A stretch of 64,000 nt of DNA from Eubacteriales bacterium (GTDB lineage Bacteria; Bacillota; Clostridia; Oscillospirales; CAG-272), in assembly GCA_045539595.1 (NCBI GenBank), contig JAZQFQ010000016.1, positions 26,973-90,972 of the forward strand, in the 5' to 3' direction. Within the stretch, counting starts at the first letter, position 1. Each line of letters starts with the position of its first letter. Below, in pieces: positions 30,816-42,576 of this stretch. The notes under the pieces are model-generated. The model did not search any database, had not been told where the DNA came from, and worked only from the letters and a program-made list of their open reading frames with translations. The translations under genes and the position numbers were made by a program.

Positions 30816-31616
30816 TTATGCCGCGTTCTCTTGTGCTGTCAACTCGTCCAACGTGCCAAAACGGTATCCTCTTGCCTTTAACTCTGTAATCAAGCGGCCC
30901 ATGATTGCAGCATTCGTTGCCGATGTGGGATGCAGAAGAAGGACCTCTCCGTTGTGCAAACCGCCGAGGATTTTGTTCATGGCATCGTCCGGACTCATCT
31001 GGCGTTCATTGTCCCAATCCACGTAACCAAAGCTCCAGAAGATCGTTTTATAGCCGCCATCACTGGCGAATTGCAGGTTTTCTTCGGAGAAACGTCCCTC
31101 CGGAGGGCGATAGTATTTAGCGATTTCCACACCGGCCGCTTCCCTGCAGACAGTTTCCAAGCGACTCAACTCATCAAGAAATGCTTCACCTGTGTGATAT
31201 TTCGTCATGTCGTGGTGCTTGGCCGTATGATTACATACGAGATGTCCTTCCTCCGCCATTCGTTTAATCAGTTCCGGATTCTTTGTCACGAGATTCTCCA
31301 AAACAAAAAATGCACCGGGGACATTTTCCGCTTTCAGTGTATCCAGGATTTTTGAAATATTGCCATTTTCATATCCGGCATCAAACGTCAGATAGATCAC
31401 TTTTTCCGGGGCGGACGGATCCGCATTCTTATTATCAATATAGAATCCGCTGTATTTTTCAACAAATGACATTTCCGCGTCACATTTTGGTTGTGTTCCA
31501 TCCTTAACGTGACAGCAGTACCAATTGTACGGTTTGGTTTTATTGTTTGCGCCATATACCGGAGTTACCAGCAGAGCACACAACAAAACCGGCAGAATTC
31601 GTTTCATCATTTTCAT
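30816..31616 (-). CDS. polysaccharide deacetylase, PdaA-like (delta-lactam-biosynthetic de-N-acetylase type)
   Basis: Motifs YLTFDAGYENGN, CNHTAKHH and YYRPPEGRF. AAAGGAGAA lies upstream of ATG 31616, followed by a signal peptide. Confidence 0.7.
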   Translation of the reverse strand: MKMMKRILPVLLCALLVTPVYGANNKTKPYNWYCCHVKDGTQPKCDAEMSFVEKYSGFYIDNKNADPSAPEKVIYLTFDAGYENGNISKILDTLKAENVPGAFFVLENLVTKNPELIKRMAEEGHLVCNHTAKHHDMTKYHTGEAFLDELSRLETVCREAAGVEIAKYYRPPEGRFSEENLQFASDGGYKTIFWSFGYVDWDNERQMSPDDAMNKILGGLHNGEVLLLHPTSATNAAIMGRLITELKARGYRFGTLDELTAQENAA

Positions 31617-31814
31617 GTCATTCTCCTTTCTTTTCTGTCCATAGTCTATCACATTTTTCTGCCGTTAACCGTTGTAAAACTTCCCTTGCGTGCCTTTTGA
31701 TTTATTTACACCAGCCTGATGTATATTTATTCGTGTTACATTTAATATAGTGTATATTATTCAAAATGCACGAAAATTTGAAGAATAATTTTTCATATTC
31801 GTATGGCATTATGC

Positions 31815-31843
31815 TTGACTTATTTCCTCAACAGTTGTATAAT
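31815..31843 (+). promoter_or_regulatory. sigma-A promoter of argG-argH
   Basis: TTGACT (31815-31820), a 17-nt spacer, then TATAAT (31838-31843). Confidence 0.65.
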
Positions 31844-31879
31844 GTTAGTATTGTAAAATTATATTTGCGGAGGCATATC

Positions 31880-33103
31880 ATGAAAAAGGAAATTAAAAAA
31901 ATTCTGCTTGCATATTCCGGTGGTCTGGATACGTCCATCATCATTCCGTGGCTGAAGGAAAACTATGAGGGCTGCGAAGTAATCGCCGTTTCCGCTGACG
32001 TTGGTCAGGGCACGGAGTTGGACGGTCTGGAAGAAAAGGCCCTCAAGACCGGCGCATCCAAGCTCTACATCGAAGATCTGCGCAAGGAATACATCGAAGA
32101 ATATATTTGGCCCTGCCTGAAGGCCGGTGCCAAGTACGAGGAGTACCTCCTTGGTACATCCCATGCCCGCCCCTGCATCGCAAAGCGTCTGGTTGAGATC
32201 GCTAAAAAAGAAGGTGCGGATGCCATCTGCCACGGCTGCACCGGTAAGGGTAACGACCAGGTACGTTTTGAATTGACCATCAAGGCATTTGCTCCCGACA
32301 TGGAGATCATCGCTCCTTGGCGTATATGGGATATTCAGTCCCGTGAAGAGGAGATCGATTACGCAGAGGCGCACAATATTCCCCTGAAAATCAATCGCGA
32401 AACCAACTATTCCAAGGATAAGAACCTGTGGCATCTGAGCCACGAGGGTCTGGATCTGGAAAGCCCCGCCAATGAGCCCAATTATCTGAAGGACGGCTTC
32501 CTGGAACTGGGTGTGGCCCCCGAAATGGCACCCGATACTCCCACCTATGTAACTATTCACTTCGAAAAAGGTATTCCTACCGCTGTGGACGGCGTTGAAA
32601 TGGATGCGGTAACCCTGGTGGAAACACTGAACAAAATCGGCGGCGCTAACGGTATCGGCATTCTTGACATCGTGGAAAACCGTCTGGTCGGTATGAAGAG
32701 CCGCGGTGTATACGAAACTCCCGCCGGAACGATCCTTTACAAGGCACACGACGTTCTGGAAACCATCACGCTGGACAAGGAAACCTCTCATTTCAAGGCA
32801 ATCGTTGCGCAAAAGCTGGGCGAATTGGTTTACAACGGTCAGTGGTTCACTCCTTTGTGCCGCGCAATCGCTGCATTTGTGGATGACACCCAGAAGACCG
32901 TTACCGGTGATGTAAAGCTGAAGCTGTACAAGGGTAATCTGGTCAATGCAGGCGTTACTTCGCCCTACACCCTGTACGATGAGCAGACCGCATCTTTCGG
33001 CGTAGACGAAGATTACAACCAGAAGGATGCGGAGGGCTTCATCAATCTGTTTGGTCTTCCTCTGAAGGTCCGCGCCAAACTTCTCGGTCCCTGGAACGAC
33101 TAA
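31880..33103 (+). CDS. argG: argininosuccinate synthase
   Basis: [10 protein letters not shown]-loop directly after ATG 31880, with GGAGG upstream. About 407 aa. Confidence 0.92.
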   Translation: MKKEIKKILLAYSGGLDTSIIIPWLKENYEGCEVIAVSADVGQGTELDGLEEKALKTGASKLYIEDLRKEYIEEYIWPCLKAGAKYEEYLLGTSHARPCIAKRLVEIAKKEGADAICHGCTGKGNDQVRFELTIKAFAPDMEIIAPWRIWDIQSREEEIDYAEAHNIPLKINRETNYSKDKNLWHLSHEGLDLESPANEPNYLKDGFLELGVAPEMAPDTPTYVTIHFEKGIPTAVDGVEMDAVTLVETLNKIGGANGIGILDIVENRLVGMKSRGVYETPAGTILYKAHDVLETITLDKETSHFKAIVAQKLGELVYNGQWFTPLCRAIAAFVDDTQKTVTGDVKLKLYKGNLVNAGVTSPYTLYDEQTASFGVDEDYNQKDAEGFINLFGLPLKVRAKLLGPWND

Positions 33104-33125
33104 TTTCGCATAATTTGAGGTATTC

Positions 33126-34511
<1,386 letters not shown>

Positions 34512-34514
34512 CGC

Positions 34515-34546
34515 AAAACCGGCTGAGCAAATGCTCAGCCGGTTTT
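34515..34546. terminator. bidirectional terminator between argH and the convergent glycoside hydrolase gene
   Basis: A 14-bp stem (AAAACCGGCTGAGC / GCTCAGCCGGTTTT). Confidence 0.8.
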
Positions 34547-34548
34547 AT

Positions 34549-36360
34549 TTACGGAAGCAGGGGAATTTCGGTCATGCGCAGTTTAGCGCAGCCGTAGGGA
34601 TACAGTTGAATCTCTTCCACCTCACCGATCGGATCGCGGGATGCCGGAACTTTGGCACAAACCGTGTTGTAGCCATCCTCGAATCCCCAATCAATTTTCT
34701 GTACATTTGTATGAATTACAAGGGGCGGCATAGTCGATGAAAAAGGATACTCTCCGATTTCCTGATGTTCGACGACGGCTTTTTTCGAACTGTACGCATA
34801 ATTCCAGTCGGATGTGGGGATAAATTCATAATCGCAATAGGGGAATTTTCGCTCCACATCGTGCAGAACATATTCGCGCATTCTCTTTTCATGTGTAATG
34901 GGGACAGAAAAGATCAGAGAACCGCGCTGAACTGTTGTAAGCTGATTCGGGCGGGCATTGAAGCACACATCGCAATCGTATGTGATAGTAATCTTCTTAT
35001 GGTCGCCGGAACAAATAGTAAATACCGCCTCATCCCCGTGGAAAGGAGTTTCATTGATTCGAATGTTTTTAGCAAATGACGGTATGCGAATGTGGAAAAC
35101 AAACTCCTTCTCCGTGTCGATTGTATACACGAAACTATTATCAAAAGGATAAGCCGTCTCGCAAAGAATATGAACGCCGTCTGCATTTAATTCGGACGGA
35201 ACCGAGATAGCGTGAAGAATTTCCTTCTCCCGATGCATAAATGCGGATAAAACGAATTTGGGCCATCCCTGGTTAAAGTTTGCCGTGCAGCAACCGTAGT
35301 TCGGTTCCAGTCCAAACAAATGTGCCTCCGGGCCGTTGGTACGAAATACAGATTTTCCGGGGAATCTCTGGCAGGCGATCTGATTGCTCATCTGTACGTA
35401 CTGATGTGTCCACATGTCGTCACTGATTGTAGCCGGCAAGGCGTTGAAAGCAAGCAGTTCCAATCGTTCCGCCCACTTTCTATCACCTGTGCAGGCATAA
35501 AGAATCTCATATGAATACATCTGCTCGACAACACTGCACAGTTCCGTTCCCTGGATCGGGCTAAGCCCGGACAAGCACTCATCCCCGGTAAAGGTGCCCA
35601 CCGGTGTTCCATTGTAGGAATTCAGCGTTTTGTACATTTCCTCGGCGCGATCGGAGTAGTCTTCTCTGAAAAAAGAAGCAGTCAGCACTTCGTATTTCAG
35701 TGCCATACAAATGTTTACAATATGGGTCTCATAGGTCCATGCGTTGAGCGGGCGTTCCCACTTCTGCATGCACGCAAGATAATCCTGCCCCTGCTGCCGC
35801 AGAATCTTGGCCAGATCGATCAGCCAGTCTTCCTTACAGCGACTATAAAGCCATTCAATAGCTATAAAGCATTCGAACCAGCGGAACTTTCCCCAGGCAA
35901 ACAAATGCACTGTTTCATCGCACAGTAATGTGTAGTAATTTTTTAAAATATTATATACTACGTCAGGTACCCGCTCATCACGGGAGCATTCATAATATAC
36001 AGTCAACACTTTCGTGATCAATTGAACAGCCCATGTATCATATTTCGGGCGTTCCTCTTTACTGCACGGGCAAATCCATCCATCCTCTTCCTGACGGGCG
36101 ATAATTGCATCGATATACCGTTTTGCACGCGCAATCATGCCCTCATTCTCCAGCAGATACGCCAGCGGAACAAAGCCATCCAGCCAATACGGTACGCGCT
36201 CCCAGCCCTCCGCGTCGCCGCCAATCCACGAACTGTCGCGCACATCCCGCCATACTTTATCCAGATTTCCGCTCAGGCCATCGGCCTGTATCTCCAACTG
36301 TCTCTTCACCCAACCCTTTGGTTTTAGCTCATTGGACGTGTAAAAATCCCATGCACGCAT
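34549..36360 (-). CDS. (alpha/alpha)6-barrel glycoside hydrolase, GH127/beta-L-arabinofuranosidase-like
   Basis: About 600 aa with no signal peptide. The N-terminal pattern WIGGDAEGWERVPYWLDG recalls proteins annotated as beta-L-arabinofuranosidase-domain. The family call is from memory only. ATG 36360 has GGGGTGA upstream. Confidence 0.5.
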   Translation of the reverse strand: MRAWDFYTSNELKPKGWVKRQLEIQADGLSGNLDKVWRDVRDSSWIGGDAEGWERVPYWLDGFVPLAYLLENEGMIARAKRYIDAIIARQEEDGWICPCSKEERPKYDTWAVQLITKVLTVYYECSRDERVPDVVYNILKNYYTLLCDETVHLFAWGKFRWFECFIAIEWLYSRCKEDWLIDLAKILRQQGQDYLACMQKWERPLNAWTYETHIVNICMALKYEVLTASFFREDYSDRAEEMYKTLNSYNGTPVGTFTGDECLSGLSPIQGTELCSVVEQMYSYEILYACTGDRKWAERLELLAFNALPATISDDMWTHQYVQMSNQIACQRFPGKSVFRTNGPEAHLFGLEPNYGCCTANFNQGWPKFVLSAFMHREKEILHAISVPSELNADGVHILCETAYPFDNSFVYTIDTEKEFVFHIRIPSFAKNIRINETPFHGDEAVFTICSGDHKKITITYDCDVCFNARPNQLTTVQRGSLIFSVPITHEKRMREYVLHDVERKFPYCDYEFIPTSDWNYAYSSKKAVVEHQEIGEYPFSSTMPPLVIHTNVQKIDWGFEDGYNTVCAKVPASRDPIGEVEEIQLYPYGCAKLRMTEIPLLP

Positions 36361-36484
36361 AACAATCACCCCGTTGTATAGTATATATGGATTTTATCAC
36401 ACATGAATTGTATATGCCATTGTGATTATCACAAATATTGTTGACAATATCACAGTTTTTTGTTATACTATCCTTGGTGATGCT

Positions 36485-37252
36485 ATGAGAGGAATTGATC
36501 TGAATAAACCAATCACATACCAGTATGCATCCATGCGTTATTTTTCTCCGGGGGAGCGGCACATTACGCGTTTTTGCATGCACGACGTTTTGCTGATGGT
36601 ATTTGATGGAGTTCTGCGTTTTAATGAAGATAATACAGAGTATGAAGTGCATGCAGGCGAATATCACATTCAGAAAAGCAACAGTTATCAGACGGGATAT
36701 GTTGTTAGCGACTCTCCCAAATATTTTTTTGTTCATTTTCACGGCAGTTGGCAGGATGATGGACCGGTACTTCCCTTCAGCGGCACGTTCGACTCCGTAC
36801 GTCTAAAAGACCACATGGAAGAGCTCGATCGCCTGTCGCATACCAATTCCTCCCTGTTAAGCAAAACGGCGAAATTCCTTGCCTTGCTGGAACAGTTGAT
36901 CCATAAGGATTACGTTCCCACGCTGGCAGATCAAATTGCGCAATACATTCAAATGGAAGACCTGCAGACAGTTTCCCTTGAAAAAACATGCCATTACTTC
37001 AATTTCAGCAAAAACCACATCATTAACACACTAAAAAAGCAATACGGTGTCACGCCGGTAGAATACATCCATCGCGTAAAAATAGAGCGGGCAAAATACT
37101 TGCTTGAGGTTACCTCGGACTCCACAGAACACATCGCTTCCGAATGCGGATTTAATGATTACTCTCACTTTTACAAAGTTTTCACACGTATGACGGGGGT
37201 ATCTCCCACTGCGTTTCGAAAATCCAAGCAAATCGTGCACACTATACTGTAA
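36485..37252 (+). CDS. AraC family transcriptional regulator
   Basis: The C-terminal double HTH (IASECGFNDYSHFYKVFTRMTGVSPTAFR) follows a cupin-like N-terminal half. Confidence 0.85.
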   Translation: MRGIDLNKPITYQYASMRYFSPGERHITRFCMHDVLLMVFDGVLRFNEDNTEYEVHAGEYHIQKSNSYQTGYVVSDSPKYFFVHFHGSWQDDGPVLPFSGTFDSVRLKDHMEELDRLSHTNSSLLSKTAKFLALLEQLIHKDYVPTLADQIAQYIQMEDLQTVSLEKTCHYFNFSKNHIINTLKKQYGVTPVEYIHRVKIERAKYLLEVTSDSTEHIASECGFNDYSHFYKVFTRMTGVSPTAFRKSKQIVHTIL

Positions 37253-37283
37253 AAAGAGATATGCCGTCAGGCATATCTCTTTT
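37253..37283. terminator. bidirectional terminator between the AraC gene and the oxidoreductase gene
   Basis: A 13-bp stem (AAAGAGATATGCC / GGCATATCTCTTT) with a GTCA loop. Confidence 0.8.
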
Positions 37284-37285
37284 GA

Positions 37286-38452
37286 TTATTTATTGCCGTA
37301 GGTTCCTTCTGTATCGAATACAACGGAAGGAGCATCCTCCTTAGCACGGGAGGTTTTGATCTTTTCCTGCAAATATGTCCAGAACTCTTCCCCATCGTTG
37401 GGCAGGTCTACATAATCATTCTTCCAGGTGGAAAGCATCATAGCATTGGAAATGGAAAGTCCGTTGATTCCATCGTAACCGGGTGCAAGGAGTTCTTCCC
37501 CATTCAAGAGGTGATTGGTGAAGTTTTTCAAAATACCCACGTGCTGCTCGCCGCCGTTGGGGAAACGGATCTCTTCCACCGTGCTATCAACCTTCTTGAA
37601 GCCCTCTGTGGTGGTAAAGCAATGGGTGCGCTCATCCACAGCCAACTTCGTATAGGTCAAAACGCCGCTGTCATATACCAATTTACCCTTAGAACCACTG
37701 ATCTCCAGACGATTGGTGCCGGGGCATTCGCCGGTTGTAGTGATGAACACGCCGGTGGCGCCGTTGGCATATTCCGCATACGCGGTAACATCGTCCTCCA
37801 CCTCGATATCGTGATATTTGCCGAAGGAACAGAACGCTCGGATCTTGGTAGGCATGCCGAATATCCACTGCCACAGATCCAGGTTGTGGGGGCACTGATT
37901 CAAAAGAACGCCGCCGCCCTCACCGGCCCATGTGGCACGCCATCCGCCGCTGTTGTAATAAGCCTGTGTACGGTACCAATCTGTGATGATCCACACACAA
38001 CGTTTCAATTCACCCAATTCACCGGACTGCACAATTTCGCGCATCTTCTGATAAGCGGGGTTGGTGCGTTGGTTGTACATGATACCAAACACCTTACCGC
38101 TTTCCTTGGCGGTCTGCATAAACTCTACGATGTTCTTAGTGTATACGCCAATGGGCTTCTCGCTGAGAACATGGAGACCTGCATGGAATGCATCCGTGCC
38201 AATTACAGGATGGAGATAGTGGGGCGTTGCGATCAGGACCACATCCATATTGCCTGCGGCAAACATGTCCTTATAATCGATGAAATAGGTGATCTCGTCA
38301 CCGTACACGCCCTTAGCCCAATCCAAACGATCCTGCTTGATATCACAAACAGACGTGAGAACCGCTCCGGGAACCTTGCCGTCTTTAAAACTCTTCAGAT
38401 GGCTGGATCCCATATTACCAAGACCGATAATACCATATCTTACCTGCTTCAT
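37286..38452 (-). CDS. Gfo/Idh/MocA family oxidoreductase
   Basis: GIIGLGNMGSSH Rossmann motif right after ATG 38452, with GGAGGA upstream. The longer ORF-track start 38566 would run through the hydA terminator. Confidence 0.85.
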   Translation of the reverse strand: MKQVRYGIIGLGNMGSSHLKSFKDGKVPGAVLTSVCDIKQDRLDWAKGVYGDEITYFIDYKDMFAAGNMDVVLIATPHYLHPVIGTDAFHAGLHVLSEKPIGVYTKNIVEFMQTAKESGKVFGIMYNQRTNPAYQKMREIVQSGELGELKRCVWIITDWYRTQAYYNSGGWRATWAGEGGGVLLNQCPHNLDLWQWIFGMPTKIRAFCSFGKYHDIEVEDDVTAYAEYANGATGVFITTTGECPGTNRLEISGSKGKLVYDSGVLTYTKLAVDERTHCFTTTEGFKKVDSTVEEIRFPNGGEQHVGILKNFTNHLLNGEELLAPGYDGINGLSISNAMMLSTWKNDYVDLPNDGEEFWTYLQEKIKTSRAKEDAPSVVFDTEGTYGNK

Positions 38453-38557
38453 ATGTTCCTCCGAAATATGATTAATGTTTAATCCATTATATAATGCTTT
38501 TCGGACAAAATCAATACCAAAACAGGTATTTTTTGTGCAAATTCGGCCGTTTATGAA

Positions 38558-38589
38558 AACAGGCATGCATCCTGAGATGCATGCCTGTT
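38558..38589 (-). terminator. rho-independent terminator of the hydrogenase operon
   Basis: A 14-bp stem (AACAGGCATGCATC / GATGCATGCCTGTT) followed on the minus strand by TTTT. Confidence 0.75.
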
Positions 38590-38599
38590 GCAGTGCAGA

Positions 38600-40336
38600 T
38601 TACAGACCGCGCTTTACGTAGTGGGTGTGAAGCAATTCATGAGCTAGGTGGCTGTTGGGCTCACCAAGGAAGTCCTCGTAAAGAGCCTTAATAATGGAGT
38701 TTTCGTGAGACTTACGAAGATCCATGTTCTTATCGGCCGTATACAGAACGGCTGCGCGTTTTGCCTTCAAATCCACAGAATTGCGGACGGATGCAGGCTG
38801 ATACGGCTGACCGCCGCCATTCACGCAACCGCCGGGACAACCCATGATTTCGATGAAATCCACCTTGTAGGTGCCATCCTGTACGCCCTTCAGCAGCTCA
38901 CAGGCATTTGCCGTGCCGCTGGCAACAGCAACGTTCAGAGTGAGATCACCGATCTGGTAGGTTGCGAACTTGATGCCATCGGTTCCGCGTACTTCGTTGA
39001 AATCCAGTTTCTCCAGGGGCTTACCGAGGATAACTTCAGCAGCCGTACGGAGAGCGGCCTCCATAACGCCGCCGGTAGCACCGAAGATAACACCGGCACC
39101 GGATCCAACATCCACGGGAGAATCAAACTTAGCATCAGCCAGCGCACGGAATTCGATACCGGCAGTCTGGATCATGCGGGCCAACTCACGAGTGGTGATT
39201 GCGTAATCTACACCGGGAACGCCTTCCACATCCTGACCGTCGCGGGTAACCTCAAACTTCTTCGCCGTACAAGGAATAGCCGATACAAATACGACATCCT
39301 TGGGATCGATGCCCATCTTCTTAGCATAGTATGCCTTGTAGATAGCACCGAACATCTGCTGCGGAGACTTACAGGTAGACAGATTCTCGGTCATTTCCGG
39401 GAAGTAGTGCTCGCAGTACTTAACCCATCCGGGAGAGCAAGAGGTGATCATGGGGAGAACACCCTTGTTCTGAACACGGCTAATGAACTCCGTAGCCTCT
39501 TCCATAATGGTAAGGTCGGCAGTAAAGTTCATGTCGTATACGCCGTCAAAGCCGAGCATCTTCATAGCGGCAACCATCTTGCCCTCCACATCGGTGCCGG
39601 GCTCATATCCGAAGCACTCACCAATGGTAGCGCGAACGGAAGGAGCAGCACAGATAGCCACATGCTTGGTGGGATCGTTGATGGCAGCAAATACCGGAGC
39701 GGTGTCGTCGCGCTCATAGAGCGCACCGGTAGGACATGCAACGATACACTGACCACAGTTGATGCAGGAGGTCTCAGCCAGTTTCAAGCCATTCGGGCTC
39801 TCAACGGATGCATCGTAACCACGATTGGCCATGCCGATGGCACCGATACCCTGCAGCTTGTTGCAGGCTGCCACGCAGCGACGGCAAAGGATACATTTGC
39901 TGTTGTCGCGGATAATGGAAACGGAGGAGTCGTCGATTTCAAATGTCTTATTGTCACTGTTGAAGTAGTTCTCGTCAACGCCATACTCGTTTGCCAACTT
40001 CTGCAGCTCGCAGGTAGTAGAACGAACGCAGGACAGGCACTGCTTGTTGTGAGCAGAGAGAACCAGTTCCAAATTCATCTTGCGAGCGGCTTTCACCTTT
40101 TCGGTGTTGGTGAAAATCTCCATGCCTTCGTTTACAGGATAAACGCAGGAGGTGACCAGACCGCGTGCGCCCTTTACCTCAACCAGGCAAAGACGGCAGG
40201 CACCGATCTCATTGATATCTTTCAAATAGCAAAGTGTAGGAATATTGATACCTGCACATTTGGCAGCCTCAAGGACCGTCGCATTGGCAGGAACCTCAAC
40301 CTCAACGCCATTAACTTTTACTTTTACCATATCCAT
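38600..40336 (-). CDS. hydA: [FeFe] hydrogenase catalytic subunit (HydA/HndD type, group A3 architecture)
   Basis: N-terminal 2Fe-2S domain (CRLCLVEV), then ferredoxin-like cluster motifs. H-cluster motifs are TSCSPGW, IPCTAKKFE and MGCPGGCVNGGGQP. Confidence 0.92.
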   Translation of the reverse strand: MDMVKVKVNGVEVEVPANATVLEAAKCAGINIPTLCYLKDINEIGACRLCLVEVKGARGLVTSCVYPVNEGMEIFTNTEKVKAARKMNLELVLSAHNKQCLSCVRSTTCELQKLANEYGVDENYFNSDNKTFEIDDSSVSIIRDNSKCILCRRCVAACNKLQGIGAIGMANRGYDASVESPNGLKLAETSCINCGQCIVACPTGALYERDDTAPVFAAINDPTKHVAICAAPSVRATIGECFGYEPGTDVEGKMVAAMKMLGFDGVYDMNFTADLTIMEEATEFISRVQNKGVLPMITSCSPGWVKYCEHYFPEMTENLSTCKSPQQMFGAIYKAYYAKKMGIDPKDVVFVSAIPCTAKKFEVTRDGQDVEGVPGVDYAITTRELARMIQTAGIEFRALADAKFDSPVDVGSGAGVIFGATGGVMEAALRTAAEVILGKPLEKLDFNEVRGTDGIKFATYQIGDLTLNVAVASGTANACELLKGVQDGTYKVDFIEIMGCPGGCVNGGGQPYQPASVRNSVDLKAKRAAVLYTADKNMDLRKSHENSIIKALYEDFLGEPNSHLAHELLHTHYVKRGL

Positions 40337-40354
40337 TTTGTTGTGGCTCCCTTC

Positions 40355-42154
40355 TTACTTTCTGGAAATTGCGCCGAACTTACACTTCTCAACGCAAGCA
40401 CCGCATTTTACGCACTTAGCAGGATCAATGACATGAACCTCTTTGACCTTACCGGTGATGGCGCCGGCAGGACACTGTCTTGCACAAAGCGTACAACCCT
40501 TACACTTATCGGGATCGATGGTGTAATTGAGCAGCTTCTTACATACGCCTGCAGGACACTTCTTGTCTACGATATGTGCAACATACTCATCGCGGAAATA
40601 GCGGAGAGTGGACAGAATCGGGTTAGGAGCTGTCTGGCCAAGGCCGCAGAGAGAACCGCTCTTAACGTAGTTTGCCAGTTCCTCCAACTTATCCAGGTCT
40701 TCCATTTCGCCGTTTCCGTCGGTAATCTTGTTCAGAATCTCCAGCATACGGACCGTACCGATACGGCAGGGGGCGCACTTACCGCAAGATTCATCCACGG
40801 TAAACTCCAGGAAGAACTTCGCCAGGTCAACCATGCAGGTGTCCTCATCCATAACGATGAGACCGCCGGATCCCATCATGGAACCGATTTCCAGCAGATT
40901 GTCGTAGTCAATCGGAACATCAATGAGAGAAGCGGGAATACATCCGCCGGAAGGACCACCGGTCTGAGCAGCCTTGAAGTGCTTGCCGTTCGGGATACCG
41001 CCGCCGATTTCCTCAATGATTTCACGAAGGGTGGTGCCCATCGGAACCTCAACAAGTCCGGTATTGCGGATCTTGCCGCCCAATGCGAATACCTTAGTAC
41101 CCTTGGACTTCTCGGTACCCATGGAAGCGAACCAATCCGCACCTTTCAGGATGATCTGAGGAATGTTGGCATAAGTCTCTACGTTGTTGATGATCGTAGG
41201 CTTGCCCCACAGACCCTTAACAGCCGGGAACGGAGGACGAGGTCTGGGTTCACCGCGATTACCTTCGATGGAGGTCAGAAGAGCAGTCTCCTCACCACAA
41301 ACGAACGCGCCCGCACCGAGACGGATGTGAATATCGAAATTGAAATCGGTACCGAAGATGTTCTTGCCGAGCAGACCCATTTCTCTTGCCTGTTCAATAG
41401 CAATGTTCAATCTCTTAACAGCGATCGGATACTCTGCACGAACGTATACCCAACCTTCGTCTGCACCGATTGCGTAACCGGCGATGGCCATAGCCTCCAG
41501 CAATGCGTGGGGGTCACCCTCCAGTACGGAACGATCCATGAACGCACCCGGATCGCCCTCGTCTGCGTTACAAACAACGTACTTCTTGTCGGATACAGAA
41601 GCGCGAGCGAACTGCCACTTTCTGCCGGTGGGGAATCCGCCGCCGCCGCGTCCGCGAAGGCCGGAAGCCAGGATGGTGTTGATAACATCCTCGGGAGTCA
41701 TCTCCTTAACGACTTTCGCCAGAGCGAAGTAGCCGTCCATAGCGATGTACTCATCGATAACTTCCGGGTTGATAACACCGCAGTTACGGAGAGCAACACG
41801 CTTCTGCTTCTTATAGAACTGCGTCTCGGACAGAGAGGCAATGGTTTCTTCGACCTTAGCATCGTCGGCAGCATCATTGTAAACAAGACGCTCCACGATA
41901 CGGCCCTTGAGAAGATGTTCCTCGACGATCTCCGGAATATCCTCAGCGGTCACGCGGCTGTAGAAGGTTCCCTCGGGATATACAATCATGATCGGGCCAA
42001 GTGCACACAGACCAAAGCAACCGGTCTGAACGATTTTGATTTCGTTTTCAAGCCCTTTTGCCTGAAGTTCGCTTTCAAGCTTGGTGAACAGCGCCTGGCT
42101 GCCGGAAGATGTACAACCGGTACCACCGCAAATCAAAACATGTGAACGAAACAT
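40355..42154 (-). CDS. hydB: NADH-binding flavoprotein subunit of bifurcating hydrogenase (NuoF-like, HydB/HndC)
   Basis: N-terminal thioredoxin-like 2Fe-2S domain. FMN/NADH region GRGGGGFPTGRKW. Two C-terminal 4Fe-4S motifs (CKGCTLCARQCP, CVKCGACVEKC). Confidence 0.9.
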   Translation of the reverse strand: MFRSHVLICGGTGCTSSGSQALFTKLESELQAKGLENEIKIVQTGCFGLCALGPIMIVYPEGTFYSRVTAEDIPEIVEEHLLKGRIVERLVYNDAADDAKVEETIASLSETQFYKKQKRVALRNCGVINPEVIDEYIAMDGYFALAKVVKEMTPEDVINTILASGLRGRGGGGFPTGRKWQFARASVSDKKYVVCNADEGDPGAFMDRSVLEGDPHALLEAMAIAGYAIGADEGWVYVRAEYPIAVKRLNIAIEQAREMGLLGKNIFGTDFNFDIHIRLGAGAFVCGEETALLTSIEGNRGEPRPRPPFPAVKGLWGKPTIINNVETYANIPQIILKGADWFASMGTEKSKGTKVFALGGKIRNTGLVEVPMGTTLREIIEEIGGGIPNGKHFKAAQTGGPSGGCIPASLIDVPIDYDNLLEIGSMMGSGGLIVMDEDTCMVDLAKFFLEFTVDESCGKCAPCRIGTVRMLEILNKITDGNGEMEDLDKLEELANYVKSGSLCGLGQTAPNPILSTLRYFRDEYVAHIVDKKCPAGVCKKLLNYTIDPDKCKGCTLCARQCPAGAITGKVKEVHVIDPAKCVKCGACVEKCKFGAISRK

Positions 42155-42175
42155 TTTATCGATCCTCCTGTGGAA

Positions 42176-42547
42176 TTACTGCTTAGCCGCGCCAATGGTA
42201 TACTCTGCGATTACGGCGCCGCCTTTAATATGCTTTTCGACAACTTCTGCTGCCTTTTCAGGGGTCATTTTTACGTAGGTAACCTTTTCCTTATCCTTCT
42301 CGAACACCTCAACAACGGGCTCGTACTGGCAAATGCCGATACAGCCGGTCTGGGTTACGGTGATCTTATCGGACAAACCTGCCGCGGAAATAGCATCAAC
42401 AAAGGCATTGAGTACGGGGCGTGCGCCGGCTGCGATTCCGCATGTAGCCATACCGACTACGATTCTGGTTTCGCCGCTGCCTTTACGGACGGCAATCTTA
42501 TCCTGCATTTTTGCTTTGATCGCCAAGAGTTCTTCTACAGACTTCAT
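42176..42547 (-). CDS. thioredoxin-like [2Fe-2S] ferredoxin (HndB-like)
   Basis: 123 aa with cysteines in MATCGIAAGA and TGCIGICQYEP. It lies directly upstream of the NuoF-like gene. Confidence 0.75.
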   Translation of the reverse strand: MKSVEELLAIKAKMQDKIAVRKGSGETRIVVGMATCGIAAGARPVLNAFVDAISAAGLSDKITVTQTGCIGICQYEPVVEVFEKDKEKVTYVKMTPEKAAEVVEKHIKGGAVIAEYTIGAAKQ

Positions 42548-42576
42548 AACTGGTGGATCCTTTCCTGATATATAAA

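Noticed and set aside
31741-31800. Possible ArgR/AhrC ARG box upstream of argG (TGTATATTATTCA, TGAAGAATAATTTTTCA)
   Set aside because: The half-sites are spaced one nucleotide off the 5-4-5 ARG-box core and carry mismatches. In AT-rich promoter DNA such matches arise easily.
38648-42145. 1165-aa plus-strand ORF running antisense through hydA and hydB
   Set aside because: It has no SD and a low-complexity, Gly/Ala/Thr/Leu-rich translation with no motifs. The minus strand encodes textbook hydrogenase and NuoF motifs. A stop-free antisense frame is a by-product of codon bias.
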